From the human T2T-CHM13v2.0 reference genome, Homo sapiens, in assembly GCF_009914755.1 (NCBI RefSeq), contig NC_060927.1: a stretch of DNA of 64,000 nucleotides. One strand, written 5' to 3'. The translations under genes and the position numbers were made by a program. Below the pieces are notes generated by a model, which had not been told where the DNA came from, made no database searches, and saw nothing but the letters and a program-made list of their open reading frames with translations. Below, one piece after another: positions 45,984 through 61,961 of the stretch (the stretch's first letter is position 1; each line of letters begins with the position of its first letter).

Positions 45984-46538
45984 ATAATTACATAAAATAG
46001 AAGATGATAACTGCTTTCAGAGAATTTACAATCTAAAACAGGATGGTCATATCCTAAATTTAGGATAAAATATTTTTCTATTTGATAACTATGATTATTA
46101 TAGTTATCATGTATAATAAGTAAGTATGATACATTGCCTAATGCATTACCTTCATCATACAATGTAATAAAATGTTTATTAGGTTAAATTTCAATTTTTT
46201 AAGCTGCCATGAATACTCAGAGAGAAAATACCTCACTTTGTGCTATTACTGACTGAAAAATAATTCTAGGTTGACGTACACCTTAAAACATTATTGAATG
46301 TGAACAAAGAATGATTAAGGCTTTTAGCAGGAGGTTAAAAAGTAAGATTTGTCACTTGTGAGGGAAAAAAGTCTACATGAAAAAACTAGAAATAGTAAGA
46401 GATGGGGCTGATGAGGAACCTTATACCAAGGTGAGAAAATTGAAAACTACAGCATTTTTTTTAAAGTAACAAATACAAGGCTACGTTCCCATGTATTAAA
46501 GGAGAATATTCCTTTGTTTTTATGTTTTCTAAGTAAAA
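45984..46538 (-). repeat. Inverted repeat copy B (555 bp, intron 10)
   Basis: Reverse complement of 37246-37797. The ORF track shows near-identical peptides at 37619(+) and 46162(-). Confidence 0.97.
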
Positions 46539-47437
46539 ATCTTTATAAAATACTTGCTTTTTGACCTGATAATGTTTAAGGAATTATTATAAATGTAGAA
46601 GCAGAAGTTATGTTGGTCCAAGTTTAATGTCACAGCTATGCATTGCACAAATTGCCCAGGGGGACAGGAAAGACAGCTAAGAAATGATTATAGTAACCAC
46701 TTCCTTAAGAGTAGGCGCTACAGTTTTTCTACCCAAAATTAAGCCCTTCTACAACTGTGGTCTCATGGCACCAGTTCATGTCTGAAATAAAGGGCTCATC
46801 AGAAAGCTATGATTATTTGTATATATATCTGACTCCTTATATATATTCAACCCATGAATGTCGACATGGCTGCAAAGAAATGTTCTATATCAAACCTAAG
46901 TCTACATAATGACTTTAGTCCTTTAGGCAAACATTAAATGAAAAAAAAACAAAAAACACCAAACTACTTGAACTGTCATTAAAGTTAATAAAATTTTATT
47001 GATAAATGATGTGCAAAGTACCATGTACAGTTATTCATTCCTAGTGTCTGACAAATGGTAAGGACTTTTTAATGTTGAATAAAGGAATGGATGAATCCAA
47101 TCCAAATTTGTTGAGGAAAAACCATACTATTAAGCAAGTACTGGGAATTAAGGAGTAACTTTTACATTAATGCATGATCTGTAGGCATAAATGAATGCTG
47201 TAATGAAGTCTAATATGTATTAAATATAGAGCACTGAAGTTTCATATAATTGCATTGATAATGCAAAATTCCATTTATACAGCTAACATTATATTAATCA
47301 TATTTTCCCTTTGCCTGAATACGTATGAATACTTTAAATCAGAACTTTTAATATTTTGAGAAGCACCTTATTAAAAAGCATAAGAATCGACAGACTAATG
47401 AAAGAATTTAATACTTCAATTATAATATCTGTAACTA

Positions 47438-47620
<183 letters not shown>

Positions 47621-48193
47621 CTACAACAAAGAACGTCGGTTCATAATGATCAAACTTTTAGTAAATATTCTGACTGTAAAGCCCAGGTCAATAAATGAAA
47701 ACAATAATAGGGGAATATATTTTTGGGCTGCTTTGGTAACATAAAAGTCGATAAAATTGTGATAGCATATCTCATTTCCCAGAAAGATTTTTGCTTAATG
47801 TTTTCACTCCAGGCAAACTTTGATCTCATGAAGCTATTTATTTCTTTTCTTCAGTATCTCCTAGAGAACACAAAATAGCAAAACTGTTATTGCTAAAACA
47901 TAGTTTCTTATTTTTGAACTACTGTAAAACATTTTTTATTAGTTTTGTTGCTTTCACCAAGCACAACAATACATGTGGCATAAATCTGTTATAGTTGTTC
48001 TTTCTGTATGTAGCCCTGATAGGGAGTGTATTTTTGTGAACACTAGCTTTTGATGAAATGGAATGTAGAGTTAGTACATTAACAGTGAAACAGTACAATA
48101 GCTTTTACTAGAGTAGGTTACACTTAGAAGGGGTTTTTGAGATTAGGTAGGGATTATCTTCATTTAGCAGATATAGAAACAGAGGTTTATTGA

Positions 48194-48601
<408 letters not shown>

Positions 48602-49915
48602 TAGACAATAAGTATCCAATAATTAATCAAATAAATAAAAGTAATTTAAAAATGGGTTTCAAAGATTGGTACAGGGACCCAGATGTAACAAAAGATATTA
48701 AGACAACTTTAGGAAAATATGTGCTAAGTATTATCAATTCTAATTCCACAATATCTTTCAAATAAGTTACTTTCCTTTGCTCCATTACCACAACCACAAT
48801 CTTATTTAATCTTCATTACTGCTTGCCTAGACCATATCCAAATGGCATTCCCCATCTCTACCTTCTCTTTATACTAACTGCTGCCAAATTCATATCTTAT
48901 GAGACAGTCCGCTCCTATTACTGCCCTTCAATGGATTTCAATAGCCAACAATAGAAAATTCAAATTCCTTAGCTTAAGATTCGATTCAACAATTACACAT
49001 TAAGCATTTACTATATGATTTACTATCCAATTAGCTACTCCCCTACTCCCTGTTATAGTGTAAGATCCATGAGGGCAAGAGTTTATAGTTGTTGTTCACC
49101 GATATACCCTAAGAATCTAGACTAGTTTAATAATACTTGGCACAAGCAGGTTATTCAGTATCTGTTGAGTGAATGAGTGAGGTGCTCTGAGGGATTAAAA
49201 GATAAGACATAATATCTGACTTTCAAAGATTAATAAACTAGGACCTAAATACACACAAACATAATTATGAAATGACCATGTGATGTAGTTGTGATCATTA
49301 ACTAAAGTGCACAGAAAGTGAAATGGAAAGACATCTTTCCACCATTATTTCCTACTATTTCATTTTAATTACTAAGTACTTCGGCCACTTTGAAATATTC
49401 CCTCTTGCATGTACTTGTTACGAGCTTTTCTGCATCTGTCAATGCCCAAAGTCTTCCTTAGATTATGACCCTTACTTCCTATAAAAGACTATCACATACC
49501 ATAGGCTCTCTAAGACTCAGGTCAAATGCTTCTTTTTTTTTTTTCGTATGGAAGGAAGGTATAAGTAAATATATTATATGGTAGAATACATCCATAAGAA
49601 AATAAAATGTTTGCCAGTAATCTTATTTCTGCATAGTTCTTCATGGTTTATAAAGTAGAAAAAAGATCAGTAGAAAAGAAGCCATTTCAATCATTCTATT
49701 TATCAAAATATAAGTCATATTTCCACAGACAGGATTGGATAAATATGCATTAAATATCAGGCACCATATTAGGAACTAGAATTACAGACACAATGCCTTC
49801 TGAAAAGAGTTTTGAAAGACCAAACTGTCAAGAATGACTGGTGATGGACTGGTATTAAAGATCAAGATGAATTTTCTCAAGAAAATATTAAGGCATGTTC
49901 TGTATCCAGTCCCAA

Positions 49916-50343
49916 TGTTGTTTTAGGAAATAGAATCTGCTAAGAAAAACATATGGTAATCATGAAACCCAAACATCCCATAGACATATTTTTTTGGATA
50001 AACATAGAATTGAATCCTTTTGAAAAGCTTGAAACCTACATTTGTCCCTCAAGTCTTCTCAAAAAAAAGTATCAAAGAACTGAAGCTCACCAAATCATGG
50101 CATGCAATGAGATGCCAGACCAGTCATTCCTCATGATTGCTTCCTTACCCCTCTCTAGTTCTGTTTTCTTACACATTGTTACATTTATTTCTTACTATAT
50201 AAACCTCTAATTTTAGTTGGTAAGAGAGATGGATTTGAGACTGATCAAAGCCTTCTTCTACGGCAATAATCATTGTCTCCGTGATTGGCTTTCTGTGCAG
50301 CAAGCAGCAGGACCTAGACTAAACCCCTGGTGATTTGGTAACA
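49916..50343 (+). mobile_element. MER39-like LTR (ERV1)
   Basis: tgagatgccagacc...gatggatttgagactgatc...gcagcaggacctagac...ggtaaca. Confidence 0.65.
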
Positions 50344-52455
50344 ATCATATAGTCTTGACTCCTAAATCTGACTTCTAGAAAGTTGCCTCATTAATGCATA
50401 TGAGTTGTTTCAGCCCTCCTTTTGAAGGTGGAAAGTTTGTGACTGTTCTTTTAAAATTTTTAAGAAAAAAAAGGTAAATCATAAAGGTCATCAAAATAAA
50501 CATACTCTAAATATAAAACAATTGATGCCTATTCATATGGCATATGAAAATGATTCTGTGTTTGGGATGAAATTAAAATAGTTCTAATTTTTTACTATCT
50601 AAAGAGCACTTATAACCATTCCAGAGGGAAAGATACATCAATCAAAAATGTTTTAATTAATATAGCAAATATAATAATGTAAAATGGTAGATAAACTTGA
50701 GCAAAATAAGGTTGCAATTTTTGTAATTGTCATTATAAATAAATTCATATTTCTACTAAAGGAATTTAAATAAAATTACATTGCTTATTCGTTCAAATAC
50801 ATTCCTTTTCTTAAAAAAAAAAAAGTTCATGGGGATCAATTCTACATTTGGAAGAGACTCCCGCTAGACAGAAAAGTGACGTATTGAAATTGAAGTAGTT
50901 TTCAATTTAAGTGGAATAAATTGAAGGCACATCTTTTTTTAAAAAAAAAAAAAATCTAAAACCAAGTAATATAAAGTAGGCTAAAGTCTCAAAGTTTCAT
51001 TGGTAGAAACACTGATAATCAGACCAGAGCTCCCTAGATGATGAAACTATTTTACTTGAAATGAATGGAAAGATCAATGTAACAATTTTAACTTTCATGT
51101 ATTAAATCATTGCTTCTTTTTCTTCAGTACTCACTTTTGATTTGTGCTGTCATTAATTGTTTGTAGTAATTTGTCATTTGTAATATCTCTGCTTTGGATT
51201 GCCATAAATATCATTGACAAAATAATTAATTTTTTGATGTTTGACATATAAAATTCAAATATACATAAGGCAAAAGTTTAAAATACACTCTGATTGATGT
51301 TAAAGATATTCAGCACAAAAAATATTAGCACAAGTATTAGTAAGATGTGCTATGATCAAACGTAGGTAGGTCATGACTGTGAAAAAATACTGGGTGTCTA
51401 AATTGTATGGTAGGTTGTTTGTTTTTTAATTGTATATAAGAACGAATTTCAGGAATTTAGGGCTACTGCTTTATTCCCAGAAAATACTTAAAAAGTAAAA
51501 TGCCTGAAGGGAATAAAACTATTCTCCTCTATCCAAGCGGTGAAATCATACCATTTATAAAATTGGAGATTTCTGATTTTGAGAAATGGTGGATATAAAA
51601 ACAGTCTATACAAAAAATAAATACTACAGGAAGGAGACTATTCCATTTCATGCCAATAAGCTAAACACCAACAATGTAAAAACACACCTTAATTCTAACT
51701 ATTTTTAACAGTAGTCTTACTATTTTTATATCTCAACCACTATACTTTGTATAGAACAGTTTTAACATGCTAAATTCAATTTTAATAATAATTCCTAGTT
51801 AGAGAACTTAGAAAACCAGAGGGATTTTAGCACTAAATCTAAATTAGCATAAGCATTTAACAAACTTCTTAATTTATCACATTTATCACCAAGAGGGGAA
51901 TTGTCAATTATGCATATATGGAATTATATCATTACAGTGCAGCTTTGGGACAGTTAATCATGAACCTTCAACAATCATGAATAACTAGTGAACATTTGGC
52001 AATCTGAGAGCAATAACATAAACAAGAAAGGTAATCACATCAGAACAAGAAAGGCTTCAGAGAAGCTTGCAGGCAGCAATCCATCCTATCTTTAATGATT
52101 GAGCCAAAAAAGAAAAAAATAATAATAAATGGACAGACACACATTAATATTCAATTCTTTTCTCTGCTGAAGGTCTCATAGCGAAGGGCCTGTCCACTGA
52201 TTAGGACATTTAACTCTCCAACCACTGGCATTTTCTTTTTTAACAACAGAATGGTGACAAGTAATTAGTATACATTATCTTCTAATAGGGAAACAGTGAA
52301 TTCTAAATAATGTGCCACCCATACAAGATAGCTGCACTATACTCAGGGTAGAATTTCATTTACGCAATTATTGACAACATGAGATTGATTAATCAAATAC
52401 TGTATGCTGACAAAATACTCTCTATTAAAGGGGGTCAGAAGGTAAGACTTCACTA

Positions 52456-52593
<138 letters not shown>

Positions 52594-53417
52594 TTAGAAA
52601 AAGAAAATCAATACGGATATATTATGTTAACAAGCAAGTCTTAACTCTGCACAAATACATTCACCAATTAGTTTGTTTATATGAATTTTGTTATTGTAGC
52701 AGTTTAATAACATAAGCATCAGCAAATATACTGACTTAGAAAAGTACTACATGTCAACATTCAGAGTTCAGACAATTCTGCAAATCAATTTTGTTTGACA
52801 AATGCACACGCATGAGAAAAACAAAGCACTTTAAAGATTTAATTTAATTTTAGCTAAATTATATGGCAAAAAGTGAAATCATACTAAAGGGAATTCTAAA
52901 TATCAAATAATTGTCAATACATTTTCTGTCACATTAAGATGTTAATGTTAGTTTGTATTAGATCCCTCTGAGGTAAGGAAAAGAAAATAGGAAAACCATC
53001 ATAAAACTGAGACATAATATTTATATATTATTTCAAACACACACTTCAATTTATGCAATATGGAGTTCCCTATGATAAAGAGATTATATATTCTCAAACT
53101 TCCTCCTACCTCCTCTTCTCTCACATCCTAACTTTGGTTGGTTATAGTATATTTCACTTACTTGGGTTATACCATTTACTTTCTATTCTTTCAGTAATTT
53201 ACTCTTATTGTTATAATAAAATCAAATTTGTGCTCAATATCAGCCTTTTACCATTTCTCTACATCTAAGTTCTATTGATTTTTTTTTCTCAGTTTGCTGG
53301 ATTCTATCACTGAGGGATATTTTCAAGTATAATTATGGAAGTCTTATACTTCAAGTTCTTTCATGTTTATATTTCAGCAGCAATATAACTACCAAGTTTC
53401 TCATTTTTGATGCTGTC

Positions 53418-53752
53418 GTTCTTTAATTTTAAAATATTTAATTGACAAATAAAAATTGCATATATTCAAGGTTTCCAAGGTACTGATTTGATATTGGCAT
53501 ACATTGTGTACTGATTACTATACTCAAATTGACACAACTGTCACCACCCATAGTTACCACATGTGTATGTGTGTGTGCGCGCGTGTGTGTGTGTTTAGGA
53601 TACTTAAAGTTGGCTCTCATCAAATACCAAGTAATATTATTAACTATAGTTACATTAGATTCCGCCTAGCTTATGCACCTTAAAACAAAAGTGCGCCCTT
53701 TGACCAACATCTCTCCATTTCCTCCACTCCTCAGCCCCTGGCAACCATCATT
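53418..53752 (-). mobile_element. L1MA 3' fragment
   Basis: aattgacaaataaaaattgcatatattcaagg...cagcccctggcaaccatcatt. Confidence 0.75.
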
Positions 53753-54508
53753 CAACTAGCAAATGTTTGAGTCACACTTTGTAAGAATTTGGCAGACATT
53801 GCTTCTGTAAATAGAATACTATGAGTCCAACCATTTTTTTTTCATGCATGCAAGTAAATTGCAGGTAAATTCATGACCTCCTGATAAATTTCCCTTTATT
53901 ACTGAGTTTATAAATCAAATACTGTGTCTTGATATTAACTGCCTTAAATCTCAACTTTTCTGGTATTCTATTTGATCTTCTGCTGTGCGGTTTCAGGGAT
54001 TTTGTTTGTTGCTTTCTCTGTCATTCCAAGGAAGAAAAAAATGTTAAACAACTCAGAATGTTTTTCTTTAACCATTTCTTGGATTCTGTATCTATAAAAA
54101 GCACATCCCATATCCATAAACTTTGGTTCATTTCTCTAATACCACAAATTCTTGGAAGATACTCCTCTCTCGGTGAGGTAGTTTCTGCAGGGGCACGTAG
54201 GTGTTTAAATCTAGGAAAAGATTTTTCTTAACTTTTGCCTTTGCATACCGTAAGTCAGCTTCCCCGAAACTGGAAAATGGATATCAATAAAATCTGTTGT
54301 GTTTTACAGATTCAACTTCTTTCCCAGGAACATTTCAAGTGGGCAGCATCATGAGTAAGATCAAGCAGTAGCACACTTTGAATGTTTAGCTTCTTTCCTT
54401 GGCAGTCACTTTTCAAGATTTACAGTCACGTTTTTCACCCCCTTTGTTTTTTTCTTTTTTTCTGTTTATTGCTAGTGAACATTTGGCCATTAAAAAATAA
54501 TAATAATT

Positions 54509-54900
<392 letters not shown>

Positions 54901-55342
54901 TTAAGCTGAGAGTCTGATAAATATTTTTAATTTCAAATTAATTTATAATTTAATTTTAACCAGGTAAATCTGCAATTAAAATACATATTTTATTCAATGT
55001 GTAATATGTAAAAACCTATGCATTCACAACTGTTCTCATCTATTATTTTTTATTTTCATTGGAAGTGCTGTAGTGTTCACATCCTGAGAGTGTTACAATA
55101 AATGGTTTCCTCAAAAAAATTTTAAGCTACACACGAATTATAGCATATTCAGCAGATATATTTCAAAGGAAATGATTACCTTTTGTTTACTTATAAAATG
55201 TACTTATAATCTACCTTTTGCCAAAATGGGATAATAAATTACTACAGAGAAAGCATATGTAATGGAACTAATAAAAACCAAGACACCAGTAATGGCTATT
55301 GCAGCTTCTGCAATTAACCCCAAACCTGATTATATCAGGTTA

Positions 55343-55534
<192 letters not shown>

Positions 55535-57730
55535 CTATTAACTAAAATTATAGGGCTCTATCTCAAGAATCATAATGTTCAAGAAACATAACATATATAA
55601 AAGTCACAAAACTAACAAGAATCTCAGTTGGTTGATGAAACTCATTCTAAAAGGAAAATTATTAATTTTTATAGTCCACAAAGTCACTTAATATCTAAGA
55701 AAATTTAGGGAAAACATTTTTTAACATGAATTCCAAAACCAGAGACCCTGCCTTATTCAATGCTGTGTTCTCAGCAACCGGAAAAGTGATTACTACATAG
55801 TAGTGCTCGAAAAAAGCAAAGGAATAAAATCTATTACCAGTCCCTGAATTTTTAAAAAGGATTTTCATGTAGTATAACCATAATTATGTGATTTTTCTCC
55901 TTTCAGAAAATGCATTTTCATTATCAGTAGAAAAAGTACTTTCAATGACTTTTTGTTTAAAATATTTCCTCATGCTACAATTTCAAATAGATATGATTCA
56001 GAATAAAAAGTAAAAGATAAAAACAGAAAATCAACCACATGGTAAGCAATATTACATTGACTAGACTGTTGTTTCGTGAAGGTAAAAAAAGAAAACCTAA
56101 TTACCAAAAACCACATGTGTAATAAAGTACAAAGTTTTATGAGTTTAAGAGTCCTACATCCATAAAAAGAGAGGGAAAACAAAGAAACTGTGTAACTCAA
56201 TTAAAAACACCACACGAAACAAGTCTGTTTTGGACAGTTGAAATAAAGGCATCATCAATTAGTATTTTCTTTAGTCATATAGTTATGGTTGAGTTCTCTA
56301 TCTTATTATAACTGTGGTTTTAAGACTTTAATACCTCATTTAGTTTAATGACAAAGCTCCGTAATAGTGTACACAAATCTTTACCCCAGTCGAAATTCAT
56401 GTATTTTTAAAACCTTCCATATATTAAAGAATAATCTGACATAAATGAAGATTAAGTCATCAAAATTAACTTCAGAATTGTAAATCCAAACTTTGGGGAA
56501 AGATGAGTGTTGTTAGTAATTAACTGTTTTAAATAAGTTACTTTGAGTTTCGAAAATTTACTAAGTTAAAAAAAAAAAAAAGAAAAGAAATCCAAGCAAT
56601 CTAATAGATATAAAAGGGAGACAGGAGGTTCAAGATTTTAAGGTTAAGCAACCTTGAAGGTAGTATTTGCTTATGATTCTATAATTCCATGTTCATACGG
56701 TTTAAGGGGGAAATCCTGTTTAACAGAAGAAATGAATAGAAACAAGGAGATATAATAGAACTGTATAAAATCAAAATCACTCTATTTTGCATAGGAATTT
56801 TCATTACCATATTGTTTATAGTTTTCTTATAATTAATAAATTTTATTTTTCAGAGTTTTAGATTCACAGAAAAATTGAAAGGAAGATACAGAGAGTTCCC
56901 TGTCCCCAAGCATATATCGATATTTTGTAACAAGTTTGCTATATGAGAATTTCAGAAAGAAGACTTGAATAAAATTGCATACAAATAATCCTTTGAAATT
57001 AATTTTTTGAAAAGAATATACTCTTCTAAGTAAAGGGAAAGATAAGTGAATTATATTGCAATTCAGTGAAACACAGAAGAGGGAAAGGATGTGAACCTGA
57101 TCACTGAATAGAAAGAATTGCCCAGTGTCACAGCAGGTTTCACTAAAGTCAAAGGTAATGCAAGTCCTGTTGATTCCTTTTACTACAATATTTAATCTAG
57201 TCTACTCTTGACCAAAACAGGAAATAAACTGTGTTTAAAATATTAAAATAAAAAGACACATTTGGGAATAACTATGTTAGTAGACAGATTCTTAGCATGT
57301 ATGAACAACAAAAAAATTCCTGTGATAATCAGAAAAGAAACAATAGTGACAATGGAGCACCTAATTAAAAAGTTCTCATGAGTTAGAAACTGTATTCTAT
57401 TCTTCAGATCTCTGAAATACTCTTACACATTGTCTGAAAATCATAAAGTCTTTTAAAAACTACTACAAGATTAAAGTGATAAGTCAAATTTCTAGTGCTT
57501 TTAATTTCTTTTATATTTTATGAATCATTAATGAAACACAATAGACAAAATTTTATGAGAGTAAACTATGTAGGACAAAATAGTAAAGAATAAAAATTTA
57601 GAAATTTTATTTTTTAACCAAATATCAGGAAATGGATCTAGGAAAAAGCCAAATATAAAATTTAAAATTAGTAGCAGCAAGTGCAAAGCAAAAGTTAAAA
57701 GTATTAATTCTCTGGCTAAGTCAATTTTCT

Positions 57731-57875
57731 TTTTTTTTTATTATACTTTAAGTTTTAGGGTACATGTGCACAACGTGCAAGTTAGTTACATATGTATACA
57801 TGCGCCATGTTGGTGTGCTGCACCCAGTAACTCATCATTTAACATTAGGTATATCTCCAAATGCTATCTCTCCCC
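57731..57875 (-). mobile_element. Young L1PA 3' end (145 bp, 5'-truncated)
   Basis: ttattatactttaagttttagggtacatgtgcacaacgtg...; 16-bp TSD gctaagtcRattttct. Confidence 0.93.
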
Positions 57876-58860
57876 GCTAAGTCGATTTTCTAAAACTAGA
57901 TTATTTGTATCAGTTATGCAAAAAATAACTAGTCTTATAAGGATAACATTTTATAAATAACTAGCCTTTGTTGCATAAGAAAAAATGAATTGTCAGTTTC
58001 TAAGGATAGTAGTCTTAGTTATGCTATGTTAAATTTTCTGCACAAAAGCACAACCTTTTTGGATATAATTATAAAATACTTAGGACACATTACTGGAGAA
58101 AAAACTTCTTCCCTAATCATTTTGTGTCACAGATACCCAGACCTCAAAATCAAGTGGAAGATTCTCAAATATACATTAAAGATCCAAGTATGTAAGGACA
58201 TCCAGCAGAGGTACCCTGTTCTGCACCCTACCCTCCAGCAGTCACATGGAGAATGAAAACAATAATCTCATACAGGAATGAACTAGATCACTGAATCTAA
58301 GATTTGTCTTTGAAATAGAGCAAGCTTAAAGAATACGTCACCAGTGAAAATACTGATTTCTGAAAGATGTTCAATATTATTTCTACTCTCATAATTTCCA
58401 AATTCAAAGCTCATAAATTCCATTTTTCCTTTTTTGGGGTGTTGAGAGAAAGAGGAGTTATGAATTATTCCAGATTGTGACTGAATTAGAAATATTGTTC
58501 AATGTTCTCTCTAGTAGTAAATGAACTGAATCACCTCAACTGAATGGTTTGCCTTGAGTCAGAGTATAACAATGTCTGGTAAAAAGTACAATAAAAAAGG
58601 CAATTTACTTTTTCTACCTCAAAATGGCATCAAACAGCCCATAACACAGTTGATATATCCAGTTGATTAGAATCTCATAAAAATATACAGCAGAATTTAA
58701 GACACAGTTTTATTTTGGTGCGTTCCAACAGACAAGCCAGGACTTAGATTACTCCATTGGCTTACAGCTTTTATAGCCTGTCTTTACAAACCACTTACTG
58801 TCCAGAAGCCTAATTTCTGAACAATTGGAGGAGCTAGATGCTAACTTTTAGATGGTGATG

Positions 58861-58950
58861 TCAAATATATATATATATCTCAAAAATATATATATATCTC
58901 AAATATATATATATATCTCAAAATATATATATATATATATATATATCTCA
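58861..58950. repeat. Compound minisatellite [tcaaa(ta)n tc] x4
   Basis: Read directly. Confidence 0.9.
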
Positions 58951-60876
58951 TTGGTCACAATGAATGTGTTTAAGAAGTAGCCCATTTTAGCTCTTAGCTT
59001 TATATCTTAAAGTAATTAACACATATATTAGAAACTAGCACTGTGCTATTCACACTGTGCATAGTCAATTGATTAGCACACTCCCAATTTATTTTTTGGA
59101 GCAAAACAAAATCTGTAATATCCAGAAAAAAAATAATGAAATGCAGTTGACTTTCTTTTGAATCATAAACCACTAAAAAAATGTTTAAGTCAAAGGTGCC
59201 TAATATAGAAACTGAATACATCGATGGATAATACATACATTTAAGGATTTCTGGCAATCAAAACAATCATGATTCTAATTGGCTTAGATGTCTGAAATAT
59301 TCAACCTGTAATCAAGTAATGAGGATTTATTAAGGAAATTTTGTCACACACAGATAATTCCAATATTAAGGTTTTTAGGAAATATCCCTAAAATCAAAAA
59401 CTGTTGATTGTCTTACATTCTGCCAATAATCTTTATAATGAAACATAGACAAATTTTCTCAGTGAGCAACTATAATCAAATATAATGACATTTATTTAAT
59501 GACATTACATTTTGTAATCCAAGCTTATTTGCCTAATGTTCTATTTATTTGTGGTCCAAAAATACCTCTGAGATTTTCAAAATTTGCAACTTAGTTCACT
59601 GGATGTTACTAAACCTACTAATATTGTATATTAATAAATAAGAGACATTACTAAGCAATGGCTAAATATCAAAAAAATATAAAGGAAAAAATGATGTTCC
59701 TCTTAGATATTCCATAGGCTTTTAGGCTGAATGGGTATTAAACAGTACATCATAAAACCACGAATCAAAAACCTCATGTTTTGATCTATGTATTTCAATC
59801 GAGGCAGTAGATTGTGAGGAAAAATGAGAAAGGTATAGAATGCCAAAAAAAGTCTTAAATTATAATAAAAATGACATTTTTACAAAGGTATTCTAAAATG
59901 TCAATGTTTAATATAATAACAGGTAACATCAAACTACCTGGTTTATTTTTTAAAATTAAAAGAATTAATCAATTTTAATTAAATTAACCAACAATTAAAA
60001 ATATTATGTTTTGCTCATAATTTGTATAAGTTACATTACAAACTCAGCCAATTGGAATTAAGAGAAAACTTGAAATGATTGAAAAGTAGTAATTCATATC
60101 TAGTAGTAGATAACAGTATCATCAATAATAAAGTGTATCTGGATTTTAGACACGAGAATTATATAGAGGCTATTGTATATATTAATTTCAAATACTGTTA
60201 AATAATGAGTAGCACAAAACTAGTGAGATAAATTGTTCATTCAACTACTAAAAATTTGTAATAATAGAAATTTCAGAATGTAGGTAATTATAAATTATGG
60301 TTTTGAAGTTTTCTTTTCAATATCACATAATTTTCTGGATTTTATTCTGTGCAACTTTATTTTATGTAAATTAATATATTGTTTAATCAGATTATATCCA
60401 CTGAGCTCCAGTTATCTATATCCATTAACAAAATAAAGCATTTTCTTCCCATAAGGCCTAAATTGTACTTAGCATATTAAATACTTTATTAAAATTAACT
60501 CTATTTGTATTATATGTAATTCCAATCAGGTATTCTCTAGGAAATAAGTAGAAAAGGATGATATGGTGCTTTTAAGGCTAAATGATTCCAATTAGACTTT
60601 TACTAAAAAATAAAATACTTGAGAAATTTCCAAGTCATGTTCTTCTCTAATTTAACCTGCATTCTTAAAAATTGGTTATCTGCCACGTAAGATTCACAAA
60701 AGGCAAACCTGAAGTGTCTGTGACTGTGAGTGTATGTACATAAAGTGTGTGTGTGTGCTTGTGTGCGTGTGTGTGTGTGTAGGAATTGACAGTGGACAGC
60801 AGTGAGAACAAAAGTGAAGGCTATTAGTCGGATAGGATGGAAAAAGACAAGTGTAAAAGAAAAAATAACCCACTCT

Positions 60877-61135
60877 AATAGAGCACACCTATGTAAACTT
60901 AGATGGGAGAGCCTACTACTACACACCTAGGCTATATGGTATACAGCATATTGCTCCTAGGCTACAAACCTGTATAGCATGTTACTGTACTGAATACTGG
61001 AGGCAATTGTAATGCAAGGGTAAGTATTTGTATATCTAAACAGAAAAGGTACAGTAAAACACAGTATTATCATCTTATGAGATCACCATCTTATATGTGG
61101 TAGCTTGTTAAAATGTCATGTGGTACATGACTGTA
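60877..61135. mobile_element. Tigger3a-like DNA transposon
   Basis: ctactacacacctaggctatatggta...gctcctaggctacaaacctgta...catgactgta. Confidence 0.75.
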
Positions 61136-61432
61136 CATATATACAGACATAGGTATATACACACACACCCATGTTTTTCAAACAAGTTTAAAAAATTCTA
61201 CCTTATCTATAAAATAAAGCTAATGACTAGTTCAAATCAAGTGGCAGTGACTTGAACATAGGTAATATACATCATGACAAATGTCATATTAATACCATAA
61301 TTGGTAATCAGCTTTAAAGAGCTTATTTTAAAGGTAAAAGTTTGGAAACATTAACAATTCATATACTCCTTTTTCATTTTTCCCTTCTGATTTATTTCTA
61401 ATAGATTAACTATCATATTTAGATAAGCGATT

Positions 61433-61802
<370 letters not shown>

Positions 61803-61911
61803 TCACTTAAATTTATAATTATGTGTATGTATTTATTTACTTATATTTAGCCAGTTTTATTTTAAATGATGACTTGAGGCAACTTACAGAGATACATACA
61901 TCTAAACAGTA

Positions 61912-61961
61912 TCAGCCTCCCAAAGTGCTGGGATTATAGGCCTGAGCCATGGTGCTTGGCT
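61912..61961 (-). mobile_element. Alu 5' fragment (~50 nt)
   Basis: tcagcctcccaaagtgctgggattataggcctgagcca. Confidence 0.8.

Noticed and set aside
54190-54201. TACGTG hypoxia-response-like cores (also near 19485 and 60684), given that GBE1 is hypoxia-inducible
   Set aside because: A few 6-mers in 64 kb are expected by chance; no clustering or other support from sequence alone.
58861-58950. Repeat-spacer-like pattern as a CRISPR array
   Set aside because: Eukaryotic low-complexity TA repeat with no unique spacers.
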